Shown: one piece after another, positions 25,570 through 32,000 of the stretch
Numbering within the stretch: position 1 is the first letter of the stretch
Layout: each line of letters starts with the position of its first letter
NCBI GenBank assembly: GCA_008932965.1
Contig: WBXG01000008.1
Span: 1 to 32,000 of the forward strand
Length of the DNA: 32,000 nucleotides
Direction of reading: 5' to 3'
Source of the DNA: Verrucomicrobiota bacterium
Lineage (GTDB): Bacteria > Verrucomicrobiota > Verrucomicrobiia > Chthoniobacterales > UBA6821
Notes under the pieces: model-generated
Database searches by the model: none
The model's input: only the letters and a program-made list of their open reading frames with translations
What the model was told of the DNA's origin: nothing
Program-made: the position numbers and the translations under genes

Positions 25570-26295
25570 ATGAACTTATCAAGATCCTCCGTTCTTATTT
25601 GCAGTGCACTAGCTTTTGTGCTCCTCACAACTTCAAGTTCCTTTGCGCAACCTGAACCATTATATAGCAACAGTCCCTCTGTAATTAATAATTCTCCAAA
25701 CTTACCTACGTCTGTTGTTGCTGATGGTAATAACTTTTATGCTATTGCTAGTGATGATGAAGGCAATTGGAGCTTCTGCTCTTCCAAGCAAGACTCCAGC
25801 CATGAAAGTAATATGAACCATGCTTGGGAACAGAAAACTGTTTTTTCTGGAGCTTCACTGAGCCGCATTGCTCTTAAGCCTGATGGTCTCATCATTACTG
25901 GAAAAATCATTACTGGAAAATATTACAACTCCTATTTTCTACTTGTTTCCAAGGATTGCGGAGCTAGTTGGATTGAAGAGAGAGCAATTCATAAATCAAA
26001 CAGCATTGGCTCTGATGATTTTCAATATTCCTACAAAGAGGCAGCTGGTATTTGGGAAGGTTATCCCGTTCATGATCCCGTTCATTTTGTGAGTATTGGT
26101 TCCGATGAAAATGAAGATCAATCCTCCTCATTTGCACTCTTTTTTCGTAATAACGAATTTATCGCAATAGGTTCAGATTCCTTCAATCCACCAGTCGATC
26201 CCTACTATCCTATCGGTTCTGATAACATGCTGCATGGTACTTCTCTTCCAGTAAATGACCTCAGTGTTGAATTATTAAGAAACTTGTTTCTTTAA
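25570..26295 (+). CDS. Secreted hypothetical protein with one Asp-box (BNR-like) motif and repeated IGSD motifs, 241 aa
   Basis: Signal peptide MNLSRSSVLICSALAFVLLTTSSSFAQ. SKDCGASW (25948-25971) fits the Asp-box S-x-D-x-G-x-(T/S)-W. The motif (I/A)(G/A)SD recurs 5 times (AIASDDE, SIGSDDF, SIGSDEN, AIGSDSF, PIGSDNM). Confidence 0.7.
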   Translation: MNLSRSSVLICSALAFVLLTTSSSFAQPEPLYSNSPSVINNSPNLPTSVVADGNNFYAIASDDEGNWSFCSSKQDSSHESNMNHAWEQKTVFSGASLSRIALKPDGLIITGKIITGKYYNSYFLLVSKDCGASWIEERAIHKSNSIGSDDFQYSYKEAAGIWEGYPVHDPVHFVSIGSDENEDQSSSFALFFRNNEFIAIGSDSFNPPVDPYYPIGSDNMLHGTSLPVNDLSVELLRNLFL

Positions 26296-26314
26296 AGATA
26301 ATTTGTAACTCAGA

Positions 26315-26349
26315 GCATCCTGGATACTCCTCCAGGATGTTTTGCTTTT
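26315..26349 (+). terminator. Rho-independent terminator downstream of the 25570-26295 gene
   Basis: Stem gcatcctgga (26315-26324) pairs with tccaggatgt (26331-26340): 9 Watson-Crick pairs plus 1 G-U. Loop tactcc, then the T-rich tract tttgctttt (26341-26349). Starts 20 nt after the stop codon. Confidence 0.75.
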
Positions 26350-26363
26350 ATAGAGGGGCTCCC

Positions 26364-28238
26364 GTGAATCGAAAAATAATTTGCCTTCTAGCAATTGCAT
26401 TTGGATTTTTTGTTGGTTTTTTCCAAATTCATAATGCAGATATCTGGTGGCATATTGCTTGGGGAAACAAGATGCTTGAACAACTCAGGATCTTTCCTGA
26501 TGCAGAGAGTTTTTATTTTACTCCCATTAGCATTGCTTATCTACTTGATCTTCCAAATACCTTTTTAGGAGATTGCGGTTTTGCTCTCCTCTATAAACTT
26601 GGAGGAAACCTAGCTCTCCAGCTCTCTGTATTAGTGAGCTTGTTCTTAGGTGGTGCATTTGTCATCCTTGTTCCACTTGGAAAAGAGATCCTTCAAAGTA
26701 AATGCAAGCTGGTTTTTGCGTTATTACTTTTTTTTGGATTATGCCTGGGAACAAGTCAACTTCAACTAGTACGCAATTCGCTCGTTTCATTGCTCCTCTT
26801 TCCAATTGTGCTTGGTATTTATAGCTTGCATATCCGCACCCAAGAGAGAAAGCTTCTTATTTTATATCTAGGAATCTTACTAATTTGGTCCTGCATTCAC
26901 TCCTCCTATATACTAGGAATTATTTCTTTGCTATTGCTATACTGCGCTCTTTTTTTAAGTAAAAAAAATCAAAAACTACTTAGCCTCAAGCACCTTCTTG
27001 CTACTCTTGTAGTACTTATTTTTACAATGAGTGTTTCGTTAACCTATAGCTGGCAGGTAAGGCAGCTTATTAATACTCCAATCAATCATAGTTGCAAAAT
27101 CATCGCTCAAGAATTTGAAAGAATTCTAACTGCTAAATCTAACACACTTTCCTCTAAGGCTCCTGCAGCTTCTTTAGTACAACCTCAGCTCCTTAAGCCT
27201 TTTTGGAGCGATAACTCTGTTAGTGGTGACTTTACTCCTACCTGGAAAACCTGGCGCCATCCAGCTGCGTGGAGCTCTTTCTTACTTTCTTTCATAGCAC
27301 TCCTAACATTATTGGGCAGCAGGAGTTCAAATAGATTAGGAATGTTCCTGTTACTCGCTTTTACAAGCTATTTTGGGTTCTGTTATTTTCGAGGGACTGG
27401 CTATGCAGCCATCACAGCTGTTTTCGTTATTGCTTCGATCTGCTCTACCCTCTCTCTTCCCTCTTCAGTGACTCTTTTGTGTCATACATTTTATGAAGTG
27501 GAGAAAAAAATATATTCATTTTGTATTATTGTTTCTCTTTTGGCAGTAGCAGGATCGATTTACCTGATCATGGCAAGGAAAAGCGAGTTTTTCTTCATGG
27601 AGCGGGGAAGAGTTTTTGGTATTGGTGAGGCGGTTGTTTTCGAGAAGGGCATCTATGATTTTGTAAAAAACCATTATCCTAATGAGCCTTGCTTCACAAC
27701 AATGGTTACTGGAAGTTATGCTCTGCTAAATTGGAAAGATCAAAAAAAAGTATTTATCGATGCTTTTTTTGCTCCTCATCCCAATGCTCTATGGAGTGAT
27801 TATTATGAGGCTCCTAAAACCCATGAAATGACTCCATTAGAGAACTATGGAATTCAATTAGCCCTTATTGAAAATAGTCGTCTTGATTGGCAAAATTTAT
27901 TTTTAATGGCTCCTCTTTGGAGACCAATTGCCATTGGCCTTGGGGCGACCTTATATCAAAAACAAGAAGATACAAGCATGGCAACCTCCCTTAATATTTT
28001 ATTTACCTTAAAGGATATTCAAAAACTTCCCTCAACCACAGGACAACGTGCAGCTGCAGCAGCCTTTTATAACTCTATTCTTGCATTGCAACTGGGTGGA
28101 AATTCAGCTCTTGCTGGAGCAGTGATCCAAGATCATCCCGATCTTTTTAAAAATTTAGTAAATTACCTAAGCATCTCTCAACAGAGCAATATCAGGCAAA
28201 CGCCACCTGGTATTTTACCAATTACATTACTTCCTTAG
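26364..28238 (+). CDS. Large polytopic inner-membrane protein with a C-terminal soluble domain; possible GT-C-fold glycosyltransferase
   Basis: About 12 or more hydrophobic segments over the first ~430 aa. An acidic/aromatic motif NADIWWHIAWG follows the first TM segment, reminiscent of the first-loop Asp motif of GT-C enzymes. Start moved to GTG 26364 (preceded by agagggg) because ATG 26337 lies inside the terminator stem. Function is inference only. Confidence 0.7.
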   Translation: MNRKIICLLAIAFGFFVGFFQIHNADIWWHIAWGNKMLEQLRIFPDAESFYFTPISIAYLLDLPNTFLGDCGFALLYKLGGNLALQLSVLVSLFLGGAFVILVPLGKEILQSKCKLVFALLLFFGLCLGTSQLQLVRNSLVSLLLFPIVLGIYSLHIRTQERKLLILYLGILLIWSCIHSSYILGIISLLLLYCALFLSKKNQKLLSLKHLLATLVVLIFTMSVSLTYSWQVRQLINTPINHSCKIIAQEFERILTAKSNTLSSKAPAASLVQPQLLKPFWSDNSVSGDFTPTWKTWRHPAAWSSFLLSFIALLTLLGSRSSNRLGMFLLLAFTSYFGFCYFRGTGYAAITAVFVIASICSTLSLPSSVTLLCHTFYEVEKKIYSFCIIVSLLAVAGSIYLIMARKSEFFFMERGRVFGIGEAVVFEKGIYDFVKNHYPNEPCFTTMVTGSYALLNWKDQKKVFIDAFFAPHPNALWSDYYEAPKTHEMTPLENYGIQLALIENSRLDWQNLFLMAPLWRPIAIGLGATLYQKQEDTSMATSLNILFTLKDIQKLPSTTGQRAAAAAFYNSILALQLGGNSALAGAVIQDHPDLFKNLVNYLSISQQSNIRQTPPGILPITLLP

Positions 28239-28317
28239 AGCTTATTAAAAGAGTTATAGCAAGGTGTAGTGTCAAGAACGAGAACATAGCTGGCAAAAGC
28301 AAGGCCGCTGGGTAGAC

Positions 28318-28503
28318 TTAACCCGGATATTTCACACTAAATCTATTACGGCTTGTGGAAAGCTCATCATTACTGCGTTGGTCTCGAATTGTGATTTGGG
28401 CAGTATGAGACATACAGCCCGGTATCCCAATCCTTCGCCCGCCTTGTACTAATAAGCTTTGCACGGCGCCTCATGACGATTCAGTATGAAATATCCGGGC
28501 TAG
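28318..28503 (+). repeat. Full-length copy (D) of the dispersed 186-bp TIR element (subfamily 2)
   Basis: ttaa-cccggatatttcacactaaatc ... gattcagtatgaaatatccggg-ctag. The outer 13 nt of each arm are perfect inverted repeats. The central tgatttgggcagtatgagacatacagccc is shared with copy A. Confidence 0.88.
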
Positions 28504-28505
28504 TC

Positions 28506-28547
28506 CTAATAAGCTTTGCATGGCACCTCACGACACTTCAGTTTGAA
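28506..28547 (+). repeat. Extra right-arm-only copy (D2) immediately after copy D
   Basis: ctaataagctttgcatggcacctcacgacacttcagtttgaa parallels 28450-28491 of copy D. It differs at only 5 of 42 positions from the reverse complement of 30262-30303 in copy E. Confidence 0.75.
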
Positions 28548-28551
28548 TTTT

Positions 28552-29427
28552 TTAGCTTAGATGATCAAATCCCTTGCTAAGTTCTGTCGAATATTGATCG
28601 GCAGAAGTGATGCTCCCAATGGGGGTGAGAGGTAATGTTGGGAAGTTTCTTTTCCAATCTGCATCGATTTTGGGCCAAGTTTCAGGTGCAATAGTGACTA
28701 ACAATTCATAATCTTCTCCATCACTCATGGCCTCTTCGATAGTAACACCGTCATGGCAAGGGATTGTATTTTTTTCAAGAGTGAAGCTACAGCGACTTGC
28801 TTTTGTAAGACGTGGCAGGTCACTGCCAAGTCCATCACTTAAATCCATCATGGCATGAACACCCCGCTGCCCTGCTAACCACTGACCTTCGGCGAGGCGA
28901 GGAAAAAAGTTAAGGTGGTGTCCACTTTGCAGTGAACCTCCAAGTCGACCGGTCACACAGATGAGATCCTCTTTTCGCGCCATGCTGCGAAGAGAAGAGC
29001 GCTTGCCGGTAGAACCAGTGATTGTAACAGAAATAAACAATCCTCCAGGAGAGCGAGTTATTTCTCCCCCAACAACAACAATTCCAAAAGTACGCGCTGC
29101 TTTTCCAAATCCATGAGCAAGTTGCAACCATTTTTCTTGTTGAAAAACAGCAGGTGCTGCAACGGTGATTAAAGCATGCTTTGGAATAGCACCCATGGCA
29201 GCAAAGTCACTAATGCAGCGGCAGAGGGCCTTCCAGCCAACCTGAGTTAGATCAGCCCCAGCATTAAAATGGATTCCCTCAACTGTGGCATCGGTTTTGA
29301 GGACTAGTGATTGGTTTCCTTTAGGTGGTTTGACAATGGCACAATCATCACCACTTCCCACGATTACTGAAGGGTCATGAATTGGTAGCTCGTAACGCAG
29401 AAGCTCAAGAAGAGAATCTTCATTCAT
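28552..29427 (-). CDS. thiL: Thiamine-monophosphate kinase
   Basis: 291 aa. GSGDDCAIV, TDATVEGIHF and DLSDGLGSDL motifs of the AIR-synthase-related ThiL family. The start overlaps the upstream stop (ATGA at 29424-29427). Confidence 0.85.
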   Translation of the reverse strand: MNEDSLLELLRYELPIHDPSVIVGSGDDCAIVKPPKGNQSLVLKTDATVEGIHFNAGADLTQVGWKALCRCISDFAAMGAIPKHALITVAAPAVFQQEKWLQLAHGFGKAARTFGIVVVGGEITRSPGGLFISVTITGSTGKRSSLRSMARKEDLICVTGRLGGSLQSGHHLNFFPRLAEGQWLAGQRGVHAMMDLSDGLGSDLPRLTKASRCSFTLEKNTIPCHDGVTIEEAMSDGEDYELLVTIAPETWPKIDADWKRNFPTLPLTPIGSITSADQYSTELSKGFDHLS

Positions 29428-30233
29428 AGGGATCCTTTTTGAAGGAGTAGCAGTAGCACAATCGAAATACTATTAAAAGTAGCATGAACGCAAATATTGG
29501 CCCAAAGTGAACCTGTTCGTTCATAGAGTAAGCAGAGCATTACGGCAAGCAATCCAAGTCCTAGCATCGAGGGGAGATGTAGATGCACTGCTGCAAATAA
29601 AACAGAAGTCACTATTATTGCTGGGAGACGCCCTGTAAAGCGACGTAAGACGCTATAGAGATAACCGCGAAAAAGAAACTCCTCAGCACAGGGAGCCACT
29701 ATCACGGCCATGACAATGATGGCAAGACGTTCTTTAAAAGCGGGATGGGTTAAAAAATAGGTCACCACTGCTTGTGTCTCATCGCTACTGCCAAAGAGAA
29801 TTTCGATTGTTGCTTGGCTCGCCACAATAAGTGGGTAGGTGACAAGCAGCCAGAGAAGGGCTTTTTTAATAATTTGGAGAGGATTTGATGGAGTGAGTCC
29901 AAAAAGTTTTATCGGAGATAAATGCCGTAGTGAGAGAAAAGAACAGATTCCCCCCACAATTAAAAAATAAAGGACTCCGTTGATGAGAATAGCAGATAGG
30001 GTGATGTCTTGATCCTTTCCAAAAGAGGTAATGATCACACAAAGAAACCATCCAATTAAGAGCATTGCAACGAGAGCATCGAGAAGAGTGAAGGGTCCTG
30101 TCTTTAAAACAGCTTTGCGAGTAACTCGACAGGCGATCCATCCATAAAAAGTGAAAAGGGATGCTAAGAAGAAAGTGATTCTTATTTCAGTCATGATGGA
30201 AGAAGAAAAATAGGTGCATAACGACATAATCAT
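29424..30233 (-). CDS. CPBP family intramembrane glutamic endopeptidase (CAAX protease-like)
   Basis: 269 aa, multi-pass membrane protein. Has the three CPBP motifs: EEFLFRG (EExxxR), FAAVHL (FxxxH) and HATFNS (HxxxN/D). Alternative start at Met14. Confidence 0.85.
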   Translation of the reverse strand: MIMSLCTYFSSSIMTEIRITFFLASLFTFYGWIACRVTRKAVLKTGPFTLLDALVAMLLIGWFLCVIITSFGKDQDITLSAILINGVLYFLIVGGICSFLSLRHLSPIKLFGLTPSNPLQIIKKALLWLLVTYPLIVASQATIEILFGSSDETQAVVTYFLTHPAFKERLAIIVMAVIVAPCAEEFLFRGYLYSVLRRFTGRLPAIIVTSVLFAAVHLHLPSMLGLGLLAVMLCLLYERTGSLWANICVHATFNSISIVLLLLLQKGSL

Positions 30234-30248
30234 AAGTGACTAAAAAAT

Positions 30249-30434
30249 TTAATTCGGATATTTCATACTGAAGTGTCATAAGGTGCTGTGCAAAGCTTAT
30301 TAGTAGAAGGTGGGTGAAGGATAGTGATTCCGGGCTCTATGAGTCCCTACTTTTCCTATCACCATTTAAGGACGAAATAGCAATAATAAGGTTTCCACGA
30401 GCTGTAATGAATTTAGTATGAAATATGGGGTTAA
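30249..30434 (-). repeat. Full-length copy (E) of the dispersed 186-bp TIR element (subfamily 2), inverted relative to copy D
   Basis: Plus strand ttaa-ttcggatatttcatactgaag ... aatttagtatgaaatatgggg-ttaa. The reverse complement aligns end to end with copy D at roughly 70 percent identity by eye. Confidence 0.85.
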
Positions 30435-30580
30435 GTATGTTCACAAAAACTTCAGCGTCAAATTCAATATAGAGTCATTGTCTTGTGAATAACTTGGGAA
30501 TAAATGGGAATGAATCCCAAGAGAGCTTCTCTCTTTTCTAAGCTGGATTATTAACGTTGGTTGTTTTAGAGATAGAGTTT

Positions 30581-31972
30581 ATGTCAAAAGTTGAATTACG
30601 TGCAAATCTGGAGAAGCTTGGGGTTCACCCGAGTAAAATGTTAGGTCAAAACTTTCTCTTAGATTCTAATTTAGCACGAGCTATCGTTGCTGACAGTAAT
30701 CCTCAGAAAGGGGACCATTGCGTTGAGATTGGGCCTGGAATGGGAGCTCTTACCGAGCATCTTTACAACTCTGCGGCATCTCGTATTACCCTTATTGAGC
30801 GAGACCATCGTTTTGTAGCAGCACTGAAACAACGCTATGAAAGTTCCCGTGTTCGTGTGATCGGTGGCGATGCTGCCAAAATTGATTTAAGAGAATTGTA
30901 TGGATATGGACCTATCAAAGTCATTGGTAATCTCCCTTATAGTGCCTCCACAGCAATTATTGCTCGTTTTACAGAAGCTCTTTCACCCGCTTCCAGCCTT
31001 GTTCTCATGCTGCAACGAGAGGTTGCTCAAAGATTGGCAGCTACTCCCGGAGATGACGATTATGGGGCCCTTACTGTTTTGTTGGGACGACGTTGGTGTG
31101 TGAAGAAAAAGCGTATCGTCCCTCCTGATGTTTTTTGGCCTCGGCCAAGTGTTGAGTCAGCTGTGGTCAAAATAACACGACGTCCTATTCAAGAAATCCC
31201 TCCCTGCAATGAGGCGTTTTTTCACGATATGGTTCGGCTTGGGTTTTCCTCGCGACGCAAGCAACTTGGTTCATTGCTAAAAACATCTTCCTCTCGATGG
31301 CTCCAAATAGTAACTGACTTAGGGTATCCCCCGACGATTCGTGCTGAAAATCTCAACATCAAGGAGTGGTCTTTTTTAGTGAATCAACTCTCCCTTGTGA
31401 GTCCGGAATCCAAGGAAGAGTTATTCGATGTTGTTGATGAAAATGATATTGTTGTTAGCTCGCAAGAGCGACATTTTGTTCATGTGAATAAGTTGTTGCA
31501 TCGTGCTGTTCACATATGGATTTTTAACAATCGTGGAGAACTCTTTCTTCAAAAGCGTTCTTATTGGAAAGAAAATCATCCAGGTCTCTGGTGTTCGAGT
31601 GTTGCTGGGCATGTCTCCGCTGGTGAAAACTACTTGGAGGCAGCAAAAAGAGAATTATTCGAAGAGTTAGGAGTAAATGTTCCGCTCCAACTCATCCACA
31701 GGATTCTGGCAAGTGAAGTGACCGGACAAGAATTTGTTGAATGCTTTGTTGGCATTGCAGAAGAACCCTTTTTTTTGGATCCAGAGGAAATTGAAACAGG
31801 TGCTTTTTTTCATCCAAGATTGATTCAAGAATGGATTGATATTCATCCTGAAGAATTCACTCCACTCTTCAAAGTAATTGCAAAGAAATTCTTAAATGAG
31901 CCAGAATGTCTCTTTAAGTCAGAAAGTTTGGGACATAACATCCCATTTAAAGATCTTAAAAAATCAAATTAA
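30581..31972 (+). CDS. rsmA: 16S rRNA (adenine1518/1519-N6)-dimethyltransferase RsmA/KsgA fused to a C-terminal Nudix hydrolase domain
   Basis: Start at ATG 30581; the track's TTG at 30557 adds 8 aa. RsmA motifs GQNFLLD, VEIGPGMGALT and IGNLPY. From about 31421 there is a second domain with a perfect Nudix box GHVSAGENYLEAAKRELFEELGV (31607-31675). One uninterrupted frame. Confidence 0.88.
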   Translation: MSKVELRANLEKLGVHPSKMLGQNFLLDSNLARAIVADSNPQKGDHCVEIGPGMGALTEHLYNSAASRITLIERDHRFVAALKQRYESSRVRVIGGDAAKIDLRELYGYGPIKVIGNLPYSASTAIIARFTEALSPASSLVLMLQREVAQRLAATPGDDDYGALTVLLGRRWCVKKKRIVPPDVFWPRPSVESAVVKITRRPIQEIPPCNEAFFHDMVRLGFSSRRKQLGSLLKTSSSRWLQIVTDLGYPPTIRAENLNIKEWSFLVNQLSLVSPESKEELFDVVDENDIVVSSQERHFVHVNKLLHRAVHIWIFNNRGELFLQKRSYWKENHPGLWCSSVAGHVSAGENYLEAAKRELFEELGVNVPLQLIHRILASEVTGQEFVECFVGIAEEPFFLDPEEIETGAFFHPRLIQEWIDIHPEEFTPLFKVIAKKFLNEPECLFKSESLGHNIPFKDLKKSN

Positions 31973-32000
31973 ATTTTTAGATATATCTTATCTGTTTTAC

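Noticed and set aside
28239-28551. TPP riboswitch or other leader associated with thiL
   Set aside because: This region is downstream of thiL, which is on the minus strand, and is fully explained by repeat copies D and D2. The thiL start is translationally coupled to the CPBP gene.
31421-31969. C-terminal domain of the rsmA fusion read as isopentenyl-diphosphate isomerase (IDI type 1)
   Set aside because: The segment aligning with the E. coli IDI active-site string WTNSVCGHP reads WCSSVAGHV. The catalytic Cys position is Ala, while the Nudix box is fully canonical. A hydrolase is therefore more likely than an isomerase. This rests on my recalled IDI sequence and should be checked by alignment.

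Overview
Gene-dense bacterial chromosomal segment with 25 protein genes and one tRNA-Leu(CAG). I see no rRNA, CRISPR, transposase, phage or recognisable defence genes. Most genes are core housekeeping: glgC, glmS, hemB, rimO, ftsK, ubiE/menG, a parvulin and a cyclophilin PPIase, a YgfZ-like protein, an lpxI-oxidoreductase-lpxB-HIT operon, leuS, rdgB, prfB (with the classic +1 frameshift), thiL, a CPBP protease and rsmA. The lipid A genes indicate a diderm using the LpxI route. The taxon cannot be fixed without a database search; a PVC/Verrucomicrobia-like origin is only a guess. Four things are not ordinary. (1) A previously unannotated family of ~186-bp intergenic elements with terminal inverted repeats (MITE-like) occurs 6 times plus 2 half copies in 32 kb. 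Copies often abut or supply stop codons, one carries an 18-19 bp tandem array, and two bracket the thiL-CPBP gene pair in inverted orientation. (2) Three visibly AT-rich lineage-specific genes: a 613-aa secreted charged protein, a 241-aa secreted protein with an Asp-box and repeated IGSD motifs, and an adjacent 624-aa polytopic membrane protein. (3) An RsmA (KsgA) methyltransferase is fused to a complete Nudix hydrolase domain. (4) A Gfo/Idh/MocA oxidoreductase and a HIT protein are embedded in the lipid A operon. All calls come from reading the sequence and ORF track by eye. No searches were run, and alignment identities are hand estimates.
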